DNA of 51,677 nucleotides from Stegostoma tigrinum. Its lineage: Eukaryota. The notes under the pieces were generated by a model that ran no database searches, was not told the origin of the DNA, and saw nothing but the letters and a program-made list of their open reading frames with translations. Shown here one piece after another: positions 1-10,958 of the stretch. The stretch lies in NCBI RefSeq assembly GCF_030684315.1, contig NC_081387.1, forward strand, positions 27,596,970 through 27,648,646, read 5' to 3'. Within the stretch, counting starts at the first letter, position 1. Each line of letters opens with the position of its first letter. A program made the position numbers and the translations under genes.

Positions 1-17
1 TTGAAGGTCGTTGAGGG

Positions 18-27
18 GGGATTTTCC
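18..27 (+). promoter_or_regulatory. NF-kB consensus site upstream of tapasin
   Basis: GGGATTTTCC matches GGGRNNYYCC, about 400 bp upstream of the tapasin ATG. Confidence 0.5.
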
Positions 28-303
28 TGTGAGCCCGGTGCTGTTTCTGTAGAAAGGTCACACTTGCAGTTAAAGTGGGGAGACAAGCATTGGGCGGGGG
101 GGGAGGGGTGTGGGGGGTCTCTCCTTCCTTCCCAAACCAGCACCCCGCGGGGAGAGTGTGTCAGGGACACGGGGGATGGGGGTGGGGGTTCTGTGTTACT
201 GCCGTCCCTCCCCCCCGACCATGTCACACACGCACACACAGAGAGAGGGAGAGGGAGAGGGAGGGGGAGGGAGAGGGAGGGGGAGGGAGGTCCGCATTTA
301 CAG

Positions 304-326
304 GAAACAGAAATGAAAGTAAAAGT
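304..326 (+). promoter_or_regulatory. Tandem IRF-E/ISRE-like element
   Basis: GAAACAGAAATGAAAGTAAAAGT contains overlapping GAAA-NN-GAAA cores about 100 bp upstream of the ATG; peptide-loading genes are interferon inducible. Confidence 0.55.
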
Positions 327-419
327 GCGAGATCTCTGGGCGCTTGCCTGGTTTCGAAGCTGTGTTGAGTTGGGGGACAGGAGACGGTGGAACACTGGCT
401 CAGTCGCTGCTCGCTGGAG

Positions 420-474
420 ATGGAGTTTCTGTTTTATAAACTGCCCCTCATCCTCAGCGTCTGCTCAGTCCCAG
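420..474 (+). CDS. TAPBP: Tapasin exon 1 (signal peptide MEFLFYKLPLILSVCSVP)
   Basis: ATG at 420 with purine at -3 and G at +4, hydrophobic leader, donor CCAG|gtaaaa at 475, phase 1 matching exon 2. Confidence 0.7.
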
Positions 475-814
475 GTAAAACAGCTAAACTCTTGTGCCAG
501 CCTCTTGTTGTCTGTAAGGAGGGAGGGAGAGAGGGGGAGGAAGGGCAGGGACTGTTAGCCCCCTTCCAGCCACACCAACAGCAATTTAATGATGGAACTG
601 TGCTGAGTGAAGCAGCTTTGTGTAAGCGAATGGCTCTGTTTCTGCCAGGTCCTGGAGAGATTCCCACCTCCCAGGGGCCAGGCCTCTCCTCGCCCTGCCT
701 GGCCTGCTGATTTCCTCCAGGCAGGGTGCTGTATCCACGCTACCACGTTCCTCTGGCAGTTGTGAGGCTGACTGTGTCCAAGCAACCCACTGCTGTCCGG
801 CCCAGACACAGACA

Positions 815-1498
815 NNNNNNNNNNNNNNNNNNNNNNNNNNNNNNNNNNNNNNNNNNNNNNNNNNNNNNNNNNNNNNNNNNNNNNNNNNNNNNNNNNNNNN
901 NNNNNNNNNNNNNNNNNNNNNNNNNNNNNNNNNNNNNNNNNNNNNNNNNNNNNNNNNNNNNNNNNNNNNNNNNNNNNNNNNNNNNNNNNNNNNNNNNNNN
1001 NNNNNNNNNNNNNNNNNNNNNNNNNNNAGACAGACAGAGCGGGAGAGAGAGAGACAGACGGAGCGGGAGAGAGAGAGAGACAGAGAGAGAGAGGCAGAGA
1101 CAGAAACAGACAGAGAGACAGAGAGAGAGAGATGGAGAGAGAGGGAGAGACAAAGCGAGACACAAAGATAGAGACAGAGAGAGACAGACAGAGCGGGAGA
1201 GAGAGAGAGAGACGGAGCGGGAGAGAGAGAGACAGACGGAGCGGGAGAGAGAGAGAGACGGACAGAGCGGGAGAAAGAGAGACAGACGGAGCGGGAGAGA
1301 GAGAGACAGAAGACAGAAACNNNNNNNNNNNNNNNNNNNNNNNNNNNNNNNNNNNNNNNNNNNNNNNNNNNNNNNNNNNNNNNNNNNNNNNNNNNNNNNN
1401 NNNNNNNNNNNNNNNNNNNNNNNNNNNNNNNNNNNNNNNNNNNNNNNNNNNNNNNNNNNNNNNNNNNNNNNNNNNNNNNNNNNNNNNNNNNNNNNNNN
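815..1498. other. Two assembly gaps (815-1027, 1321-1498) flanking a (GA)n/(GACA)n simple repeat
   Basis: N runs; 1028-1320 is purine-rich microsatellite. Confidence 0.95.
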
Positions 1499-2583
1499 AT
1501 CTCCAAGTTTGCAGATGATACCAGGTTGGGTGGGAGGGTGAACTGTGAGAAGAATGCAGAGATACTTCAGCATGATCTGGTCAGGTTGGGTGAGTGGGCA
1601 AATGGCAGATGCAGTATAAATTGGATAAAATGAGAGGTTATTTACTTGGGAAGTGAAAACGAGACGGCAGATTACTACCTGAATGGCTGTGAATTGGGAG
1701 AGGGGAGTGTGCAGTGGGACCTGGGTGTCCTTGTGCACCAGTCGTTGAAGGGAAGCATGCAGGTGCAGCACGTGGTTAAGAAGGTAAATGGTGTGTCGGC
1801 CTTCATTACGAGAGGCTTTCGTGTACAGGAGCAGGGATGTGTTGTTGCAGTTATACAGGGCCTTGGTGAGGTCACACCTGGAATATTGTGTGCAGTTTTG
1901 GTCTCCTTTTCTGAGGAAGGATGCTCTTGCTCTCGAGCGAGTGCAGTGAAGGTTAGAACATAGAACATAGAACAATACAGCACAGAAAAGGCCCTTCAGC
2001 CCTCAATGTTGCGCCGACCTGTGAACTAATCTAAGCCCCTCCCCCTACACTATCCCATCAATATCCATATGCTTATCCAAGGACTGTTTAAATGCCCCGA
2101 ATGTGGTTTACCAGGCTGATTCTGGGGAAGGTGGGTCTGATATATGACAACAGATTGAGTGGGTTAGCATTGTTTTTGCTGGAGTTCATAAGAACGAGGC
2201 GGGATATCTCATAGAGACTTATAAAATTCTAACAGGACTGGACAGGGTGGATGCAGGGAGGATGTTCCCGATGGTGGGTGTGTCCAGAACCAGGGGTCAC
2301 GCTTCTAGTATTCGGGGTAGACCAGTTAGGATGGAGATGAAGAGACATTTCTTCACCCAAAGAGCGGTGAGCCTGTGGAATTCATGATCACAGGGAATAG
2401 TTGGTGCCAGAACATTGAATGCATTGAAGAGGCAACTAGATATAGAATTGGGGTGAATGGGATTGAAGGTTACGGGGAGAAAGCAGGATGCGGCTGTTCA
2501 GTTGGACGATCAGCTATAGTCATGATGAATGGTGGTGCAGGCTGGAAGGGCCAAATGGCCTGCTCCTTTCTTCTATGTTTCTA
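1499..2583 (+). mobile_element. Decayed CR1-type LINE 3' fragment, interrupted at about 1953-2105 by an inverted LINE/SINE tail
   Basis: KFADDT-like start (AAGTTTGCAGATGATACC), DLGVLVHQSLK and RSHLEYCVQFWSP-like segments, RGDLIETYK-like segment, frameshifted. Confidence 0.85.
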
Positions 2584-2774
2584 AGATCAGTAGGGACTGC
2601 TGGTCTGTTTTACACTCCACGTAGAGCATGCCAGCTTCAGTTGTCAGTATTCCTTGGCGTGTTCTTGCATTGTATTTACATTGAGAAGGAACCTCTCGCC
2701 CAATGCTCCCCATCCTGGGGAGACTGAAATCCATTTGCTTGTTTCCACTTGTTTAACCAATTTTTTAAAGATAC

Positions 2775-3070
2775 TGACTCATGGAATGAGGGTGCCTCTT
2801 GCTGGGCCAACATTTATTGCCCATCCCTAATTGCCCAGGGGCAGTCAAGAGACAATCACATTGCTGTAAGCCAGGCCAGGTAAGGACGGCAGTTTCCTTC
2901 CCCAAAGGACATTAGTGAGCCAGGTGGGTTTATCCCAACAATCGACAACGGGTTCATGGTCATCATTAGATCCTTAATTCCAGATATTTTTTATTGCATT
3001 CAAATTCCAACCTGGGTCCCCAGGACATTAGCAGAGTTTCTGGTTTAATAGTCTGGTGGTAATACGCCTC
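2775..3070 (-). mobile_element. tRNA-derived SINE (Deu-domain/SacSINE1-like)
   Basis: Shares the GGTAAGGACGGCAGTTTCCTTCCC..AAGGACATTAGTGA core with copies near 10.5k, 11.4k, 37.2k and 45.3k. Confidence 0.65.
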
Positions 3071-3259
3071 CAGCCACCCTGAATCCTGAGACCCCCACAC
3101 GCTCTCACACTCCCCCAGCTCAGGATAGTGTGCAGAGACTTCTACTGTGCAAAAATAGGCCATTCAGCCCATCAGGCCCACTCCTGCTGACAAAGATCTG
3201 ACTGTACTCATCCCCTTCTCCCAGTTAGAGCATGGTGGAGCTGTGCTCCACCTTGACCT

Positions 3260-3950
3260 CACAGATCACTGAAGGTGAAAGGACAGGGAGAGAGAGAGAG
3301 AGACCAGTGAGTAGAGCACACAGTGCCCTCAGCTTTATTAACGGGGCACAGAGTACAGGAGCAAGGAGGCGATGCTGACCTTGTACAAGCCCCATGTTAG
3401 ACCCCCAGCTGGAGTATCATGTCCAGCTGTGGGCCCCACATTATGGGAAAGATGTGAACCCATCGGAGGGAGAGGGCAGAAGCGATTTACAACAACGGTT
3501 CCAGGGAATGGGTAATGTCAGCGATGGGGATAGACTGGGGAAGGTGGGGCTGTTCCCCTCGGATACAAGGAGGCTCACAGGGAGGTCTGGTAGAGGCTTC
3601 CCAAATCCCGAGCGGGGGGCTGGGCAGGGGGAGGGAGGGAGAAGCTGTTCCTGCTTGGAAAAGGAACAGGAATGAGACGGAAACAGATTTAAAGTGATGT
3701 ACAAATGAAGCGAGAGTGAAGCGAGGAGAGACTCTCTCACCCAGTGGGTAGTGAGGGTGTGGGATGTACTGACTGCAAACATGGGGGAGGGGAGGTGTCA
3801 GGTTCAATGGAGGCATTCCAGAGGGGCATTGGATGAATATTTAGATGGAAATGGGGGTCAGGAGGAAAGGGCAGGAAATTGGGCACTGGGCAATGATGTT
3901 TGTTTGAAGAGCTAGTGTGGGAACGATGGGCCCAATGGCATCCTATGGGG
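3260..3950 (+). mobile_element. Decayed CR1 fragment; 3260-3820 nearly identical to 23790-24341
   Basis: PQLEYHVQLWAPHYGKDV motif; same idiosyncratic sequence at both loci. Confidence 0.8.
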
Positions 3951-4102
3951 CTATTTCTGCCTACCCCCACAATCTCCTACCAACAAAGTCTAAACCTCCA
4001 CTTCAACAAACCTTTTGATCATCTTAACTGCACCCAGTCCTATCCCTGCACGGTAAGTGGAGCTTGTCGCAGTACAGCACTCTTTCCTCACAATGTAACC
4101 CC

Positions 4103-4269
4103 NNNNNNNNNNNNNNNNNNNNNNNNNNNNNNNNNNNNNNNNNNNNNNNNNNNNNNNNNNNNNNNNNNNNNNNNNNNNNNNNNNNNNNNNNNNNNNNNNN
4201 NNNNNNNNNNNNNNNNNNNNNNNNNNNNNNNNNNNNNNNNNNNNNNNNNNNNNNNNNNNNNNNNNNNNN
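4103..4269. other. Assembly gap
   Basis: N run. Confidence 0.99.
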
Positions 4270-4430
4270 GTGACTGCCAACACACTTTCTGAGACCTCCT
4301 GATACACTGTCAGGTCATTGCTTTTGACTGGAGGGACTCAGTGGGCTGATGGCTCATATTCTGTAAAGTGGACCAACATGAGTCAATCTGTTTTCCCCAG
4401 GGAGTGCTGTCGGCACTGTCTCTCAGCATC

Positions 4431-5272
4431 ACTGTAGCCCTGTGTTCCTGGGCAGCACTGAGCGAAGGTGGTCTCTCTGAGAACATTGGCGCTCTGGATG
4501 ACTGTAGCCCTGTGTTCCTTGGCAGCACTGAGCGAAGGGGGTCTCTCTGAGAACATTGGCGCTATGGATGACTGTAGCCCTGTGTTCCTTGGCAGCACTG
4601 AGCGAAGCGGGTCTCTCTGAGAACATTGACGCTCTGGATGACTGTAGCCCTGTGTTCCTTGGCAGCACTGAGCGATGGCGGTCTCTCTGAGAACATTGGC
4701 GCTCTGGATGACTGTAGCCCTGTGTTCCTGGGCAGCACTGAGCGAAGGGGGTCTCTCTGAGAACATTGGCGCTCTGGATGACTGTAGCCGTGTTCCTTGG
4801 CAGCATTGAGCGATGGCGGTCTCTCTGAGAACATTGGCACTCTGGATGACTGTAGCCCTGTGTTCCTGGGCAGCACTGAGCGATGGGGGTCTCTCTGAGA
4901 ATATTGGCACTCTGGTTGGCTGTAGCCCAATGTTTCTAGGCAGCACTGAGCGAAGGGGGTCTCTCTGAGAATATTGGCGCTCTGGATGACTGTAGCCCTG
5001 TGTTCCTGGGCAGCACTGAGCGAAGGGGGTCTCTCTGAGAACATTGGCACTCTGGTTGGCTGTAGCCCTGTGTTCCTAGGCAGCATTGAACGAAGGGGGT
5101 CTCTCTGAGAACATTGGCACTCTGGTTGGCTGTAGCCCTGTGTTCCTAGGCAGCATTGAGCGAAGGGGGTCTCTCTGAGAATATTGGCACTCTGGATGAC
5201 TGTAGCCCTGTGTTCCTTGGCAGCATTGAGCGATGGCGGTCTCTCTGAGAATATTGGCACTCTGGTTGACTG
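4431..5272 (+). repeat. 70-bp minisatellite, 12 copies, made of the tapasin intron1/exon2 junction
   Basis: ACTGTAGCCC recurs at 4431, 4501, 4571 etc.; one unit is 68 bp; the last copy runs directly into the DCWFVEE coding sequence. Confidence 0.95.
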
Positions 5273-5445
5273 CTGGTTTGTGGAAGAAGGTGGTGGAAAG
5301 AACAGCTTCCCCAGTTCCATTACCCAGGAACCAGCCACCCTGCTCCTTCGCCACATCCCATATGAGGATGGAGAGCTTCCAGAACTTCCTGCCAACCTGC
5401 CCCTGCCATCTGAGCTGAAGCCCGGCTGGTTCTTCGAAGTGAGAG
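5224..5445 (+). CDS. TAPBP: Tapasin exon 2 (ALSDGGLSENIGTLVDCWFVEE...PATLLLR...FFEVR)
   Basis: CWFVE and PATLLLR match the recalled tapasin N-terminus (ECWFVED...PGALLLR); acceptor ccctgtgttccttggcag, donor G|gtaag; 222 nt, phase 1-1. Confidence 0.88.
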
Positions 5446-5546
5446 GTAAGCGGTGGGGGGTGAGGTGGGAGCGGAATTTGAACCAGCTGAGCGCGAGCGA
5501 AGTGTACGTGTTATAACCCCTCATTGTGTTCCCTCTCTCCCAACAG

Positions 5547-5819
5547 ATTACTCACGGATCACGGCCCACCCCGGGTTTAGGGAACCGAGAAGCCCGAAGG
5601 AGAAGCCGTACTGCGAGATTAATAAGTATGGCCCGCAGGATTCTCACGTCTCCTGGGCCTCCCGCCTGACCAAAGATGAAAAGACTCCAGCCTATCAGTC
5701 CAGCTCCTGGTTCTGCAGCCACCTCCGCACTTTCGACCTGTCCTTCAGTGTGGCCAGTGTCCATCGGGTCACCTCAGGCCTCAGGGAGAAGGATCTTCTC
5801 TCTCCGCTTCACACCTCAG
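5547..5819 (+). CDS. TAPBP: Tapasin exon 3 (N-terminal domain, PYCEINKYGP...WASRLT)
   Basis: Aligns without gaps to recalled human PHCEMSRFVP...WASGLT; caacag| acceptor, G|gtat donor; 273 nt. Confidence 0.9.
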
Positions 5820-6849
5820 GTATCGGCCACATTAGCCTAACGCGCCCAGTGTACTCCACCTCTGCCCACTGCCCATCACCCACCTGGCCAGCACTTACTG
5901 CCTGTCCACTCTCCCCCCAACACCATCCCGTGCCAACCCCGACCGCTGAGGGTCTTGAAGTCTTGCATAGGTCAGTGTGAGCAACAAGCAGTCATTAACT
6001 ACTCGCAGCAGTCATCCTGACGCTCCCTAATTCCAGCTGTTTGATGCAGTCTGCCAGGCCTGAGATTGTCCACATCTCCAGATTAACAGCTGAGTGATCC
6101 AACCACAAAGCTCTGGCCTCCCAACACTGGCCTGACACAGTAAACAGAAGGATTAGCAACTTTTAGCAAGACACCAAAGCCACATGCTGAGGCCCCGAGC
6201 TTGAGCCTGAGTTGAGGGATTGGTCCTCAACCAACATCTCCAAATCCAACAGCCGTAGTCTGCGTGACTCCCTGCCCCCACTCACTGAGGCACGGATCTC
6301 ACAAGGGGAGTTTGGCGAGAGGATCGGCAACCAGGGACCACAGATTTTAGATAACTCGCAAGGGAAGTTAAAACAGTAAGAGCTTCTGCAGCCATAAGAA
6401 AGTGAGAGAGTAGCGAAATTGAATGAGAGGGTGAGACTGGGGCATTAATGACGGAAAATAGAAACATGGGAGGCTTTGGAACAGTATCTTTTATCTGTCT
6501 TTAAGGCAGGAGGCAGAAAATAAAATCCCAAAAAAGACCAGAAGAATCAAGAGGGAAGCAGGAACATAAAACAACCATGATCTGAAGAGACAGGGTGTTC
6601 GGATTTTGTTGGGAATTCAGGACTGCAGTCAATGGTCCACACATGGGAATTGGAAAAGTGGACACAGTGACAGCGAATGGATTGGCTGCAATCCTTCAGA
6701 GTTCTGTGAAGGTGCGAGCAGATGGGAAAGCTGCAGATGTAACACCATTTCTGAAGAAAGGAGAGAGACAGGAAGCAGGAGAATATAAACCACGAAAGCA
6801 CTGGGACATCACTGGAGTCTGATAGGGATAGGGGAGTCAAAAAGTTCAT

Positions 6850-7700
6850 ACAACTCCCACAGTGTGGCATCAGGCCATTCAGCCCATCAAGATCACACTG
6901 ATTCTCCAAACAGCATCCCACCCAGAACCACACAATCCCCGTAACCGCACATTTCCCACGGCCAATCCCACCCTAGCCCGCACATCCCTGGGCACCACGG
7001 GACAATTTAGCACGGCCAATCCACCCTAACCCGCACATCCCTGGACACTATGGGACAATTTAGCACGGCCAACCCACCCTAACCCGCACATCCCTGGGCA
7101 CTATGGGACAATTTAGCACGGACAATCCACCCTAACCCGCACATCCCGGGGCACTATGGGACAATTTAGCACAGCCAACCCACCCTAACCTGCACATCCC
7201 TGGGCACTATGGGACAATTTAGCATGGCCAATCCACCCTAACCTGCACATCCCTGGGCACTATGGGACAATTTAGCACGGCCAATCCACCCTAACCTGCA
7301 CATCCCTGGGCACTATGGGACAATTTAGCATGGCCAATCCACCCTAACCTGCACATCCCTGGGCACTATGGGACAATTTAGCACGGCCAATCCCACCCTA
7401 ACCTGCACATCCCGGGGCACTACGGGACAATTTAACACGGCCAATCCCACCCTAACCTGCACATCCCTGGACACTACGGGACAATTTAGCACGGCCAATC
7501 CCACCCTAACCCGCACATCCCTGGGCACTATGGGTCAATTTAGCACGGCCAATCCACCCTAACCTGCCTACCTTTGGACTGTGAGAGAAAACCCACGCAG
7601 ACACAGGGAGAATGTGCAAACTCCACAGTGATGGTCGCCCGAGGGTGGGGTTGAACTCGGGTCCCTGGCGCCATGAGGCAGCAGCGCTAACCGCTGAGCG
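6850..7700 (-). mobile_element. tRNA-derived SINE (HE1/V-SINE-like) with an internal expanded minisatellite
   Basis: Minus strand begins GCTCAGCGGTTAGCGCTGCTGCCTCA...GAGTTCAACCC (A- and B-box-like); CR1-like tail near 6850-6900. Confidence 0.7.
6957..7567 (+). repeat. 53-bp minisatellite, about 11.5 copies
   Basis: Unit GGCCAATCCACCCTAACCTGCACATCCCTGGGCACTATGGGACAATTTAGCAC; TATGGGA at 7261 and 7314. Confidence 0.95.
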
Positions 7701-7908
7701 AACTGTCGGGTTGCCATAAATTTAGAAGAATGCTGGGGTGGGGTGTTCTTGTAGAACGGTATAAAATTTCGAAGGTAGGAGCAGGGAAGATTTTTTCACT
7801 CAGTGAGGAGACAGTGAGCATGTTATAAAAACCCTCCAATGCATTCCAAGCTCTGCGGTGCAACCTGACACACTCTGCCTCCTGTAACGCTGACCTTTCC
7901 TCTCCCAG

Positions 7909-8250
7909 TCGTCCTGAATGTCTTCACCCGCACACCAAGCGTGAAGACAGGGCTGAAGCGTGATGTCCTCCTGGACTGCGGTTTCACCATGGACAGGCAG
8001 ACCGGCTTTGCCATCGAGTGGCGTTACCAGTTCAAGGGGAGCGGGCACCTGGTTTACGCCTACAATGGCGCCCAGGATCGAGTGGACTTGGCACAGGCGG
8101 GCACCGAAATGTTCTTTTACGAGGCGCACAGTCGGGGAAACGCCTCACTCTTGATCCGGAACGTGGAAATGAGGCATGAAGGGAGCTACATCTGCACGGT
8201 CTACATGCCGAACCTCCACGCTCAGCAATCCATGGACCTCGAGATCACAG
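7909..8250 (+). CDS. TAPBP: Tapasin exon 4 (IgV-like domain)
   Basis: VVLNVFTRTPSV...LLDCGF...IEWRYQFKGSGHL...GNASL...EGSYICTVYMP; ctcccag| and G|gtaaa junctions; 342 nt. Confidence 0.93.
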
Positions 8251-8394
8251 GTAAAACTCAATAACCCCAGCCGTTCTCAAAATGGTCAGCACACTCCAAA
8301 CTGATAACTCTGTCTGTCTCTCTCTCTCTCTTTCTCCGCATGTCACTGCCAGAGTTTCTCCAGCAATTTCCCTTCACGTTGCTGCTCTTTTTCT

Positions 8395-9050
8395 CAAATT
8401 TATTCCTGGGATGTGGGTCTCTCTAGCCGGACCCAGCATTTATTGCCCCGTCCCTAGCTGCCCCCCCCTTGAGAAGGTGGGGGTGAGCTGCCCTCCTTGA
8501 ACCCCTGCAGTCCATGTGCTGAGGGGTGACCCACAATGCCCCTTAGGGGGTGAATTTCAGGGATTCTGACCCAGTGACACTGAAGGAACGGGGATATATT
8601 TCCAAGTCAGGATGGGGAGGGGCTTGGAGGGGAACTTGAGGGGCATTGCGTTCCCATGTATCTGCTGCCCCTTGTCCTTCTGGATGGAAGTGGTTTGTGG
8701 GTTTGGAAGGTGCTGCCTGAGGGTCTTTGGTGAATCTCTGCAGAGCATCTTGTAGATGGTACACACTGCTGCGACTGAGCGTCGGTGGGGGGAGGGAGTG
8801 GGATGTTTGTGGATGTGGTGCCAATCGAGCGGGGGCTGCTTTGTCCTGGATGGTGTCGAGCTCCCTGAGTGTTGTTGGGGCTGCCCCCATCCAGGGGCAA
8901 GTGGGGGGTATTCCCTCACACTCCTGCCTTGTGCCTTGTAGATGGTGGGACAGGGTTTGAGGGAGTCAGGAGGGGAGTTACTCACCACAGGATTCCCAGC
9001 CTCTGACCCACTCTTGTAGCCGCTGTGTTTATGTCGGGGGGAGTCCAGTT
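8395..9050 (-). mobile_element. LINE 3' fragment (CR1/L2-group lineage distinct from the main CR1 family)
   Basis: TIYKAQ.RSV.EY.PLA, LDTIQDKAA and HRRSVAAVCTIYKM motifs across frames; 3' tail similar to the Deu-type SINE tail. Confidence 0.7.
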
Positions 9051-9539
9051 CCATGCAAGACAGTATATAGAGAGGGACTTGGAACACTTACAAAGGGACT
9101 GCAGGGCTGAGAGCTAAGAACCGGCCTGAGATATCACCGAATTCCCAGGAGAACAATCAGAGCGCCGTTGGTTTGCATGTGAGCTCTGGGTGAGGTAACG
9201 TTAATCTCGGAAACAGTTGAACAATAAGGAATTGTCCATTGATGACCAAGATGAGGGGAAATAATTTTCTCACAGAGGGCGGTGAATCTCAAAAGGCAGG
9301 GTTTCTGGGTAGGTCGAAGGCAGTGTTCGGCCGATAGGTTATGGGGGTTGTCTAGGAGAGAATGCGGACCAGTCAACTGAATGGAGGCACATTGAAGGGC
9401 TGTTTGGCAGCTTCACAGTCCCAGTCCACATGGTCACGGACAGTACCGAGCTGGGAGGGAGGGGATGGCTCGAAGGGCCGAACGGCCTACTCCTGCCCCT
9501 AGCTCGTATGTTCTTATGGCTGCAGTGAGATGGCGAGAG

Positions 9540-10395
9540 GCTGTCGGAGTGGGCACAGAAAGGCCCAGTCTATTGTGGGTCAATGTGCGGGTATCTTCAT
9601 TGGGAGCAAAAATCCAGGAATGGGGATAAATTGGGAAGAGTGGGAGGTACAAAGAGGCCCTGGGGGTCCTTGTGCACCAGCTGCTGAAGGCAACGTTAGA
9701 AAGGCAAATGGTACCTGGGCCTTCATACCGAGGGGGTGCCAGCACAGGAGCTCGCATCTGTTGTTGCAATCGGACAGGGGCCGTGGTGGGACCGCACCTG
9801 GAGGACAGCACCACATTGTGGGCAGAAGGGCCTGCATCTGTGCTGCACTGTTCTATTGTGTGCAGGTTTGGGGTCTCCCTCTCTGGGGAAGGGTATCCTG
9901 GCAATGGAGGGGGTGCAGACTGACCCCTGGGGTAGTGGCTGACAGACAGAGAGAGATTGGATCGGTTAGGGTTCTATTCTCTGGGGGTTTAGAAGATTGC
10001 CGGGGGGGATCTCATAGAAACCTGTAAAATCCTAACAGGGCTAGGCAAAACACACAGGAAGGGTGTTCCCGATGTCCGGTGGGGTGGGGGGGGAGACCAG
10101 GAGCAGGGGCTCATTCCCGAAGGATACAGGGTAAGCCTGTTAGGGACTGAGATGGGGACAAATGTCTTCACCCAGAGAGCGGGGAATGTGTGGGATTCTC
10201 TGGCCCAGAAAGTGGTTGACTTTCATTCATGGAATGATTTCAAGAAGGAGTTGGATACAGTTTCTGGGGCTAAAGGGATGGAAGGGAGTCAGGGAGAGAA
10301 GGCAGGAACAGGGGACGGAGTTGGATGGTCAGCCGGGATCCTATTGAATGGAGGGAACAGACTCGACGGGCTGAATGGCCCCCTCCTGCTCCTGT
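9540..10395 (+). mobile_element. Decayed CR1 fragment
   Basis: Degenerate DLGVLVH, RPHLE and GDLIET motifs plus the CR1 3' UTR. Confidence 0.7.
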
Positions 10396-10499
10396 TTCGG
10401 TTGCCTGCCAGGCCTGCTTGTGGAGAAGGGGGTAGGGCCAATTCCCCAGGCGACCAAGAAGAAGTTTTCAAAAACATATTTTTATCAGCTGTGAACTGT

Positions 10500-10790
10500 A
10501 CCAGCTAAGCCCATCCCTAATTGCCCCAGAGGGCAGTTAAGAGTCAAACACATTGCTGTGGGTCTGGAGTCAGGTGTAGGCCAGACCAGGTAAGGATGGC
10601 AGTTTCCTTCCCTAAAGGACATTAGTGAACCAGGTGGGATTGACAGTGGATTCACGGTCATCATTAGATTCTTAATTGCAGCTATTTTATTGAATTCAAA
10701 TTCCACCACCCGCCCTGACGGGACTCGAACCCCGGCTCCCCCAAGATGTGGGCTGCCTGGGTTACGAACCTAGCGATGACGCCATGAGGC
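10500..10790 (-). mobile_element. Deu-type SINE copy
   Basis: Same core as 2775-3070; B-box-like GGTTCGAGTCC on the minus strand near 10722-10732. Confidence 0.7.
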
Positions 10791-10958
10791 CGCGGTCTAT
10801 CCCAGCTCCGGAGCGCGTGGGTGAACGGCACAGCGGGTCTGCTGGAGCCGGCCTGTGCCTTCTTCCTGGCTGCGCCCATCTTCAGTGAGGGTGTGGGGGT
10901 GTGGGGGTGGCTTGGCTGAGAGCTGGTTACTAATTCACCCAAACCTCTGCTCTGACAG

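Noticed and set aside
313-558. Upstream ATG/ORF as tapasin start
   Set aside because: Out of frame with the signal-peptide exon, no leader character, overlaps the ISRE-like motif
555-1975. Long ORFs with X runs
   Set aside because: Artefacts of N gaps and (GA)n repeats
5206-5223. Alternative in-frame exon 2 acceptor (TAG at 5203-5205)
   Set aside because: Poor pyrimidine tract compared with CAG at 5221-5223; minor use cannot be excluded
4383-5524. Repetitive minus-strand ORFs up to 320 aa
   Set aside because: Antisense translation of the 70-bp array
6957-7567. Interstitial telomere repeat
   Set aside because: Only one CCCTAA per 53-bp unit, not tandem (CCCTAA)n
7640-7700. tRNA gene
   Set aside because: A/B-box head continues into SINE body; no complete cloverleaf. 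Same for heads near 10730, 11690 and 45550
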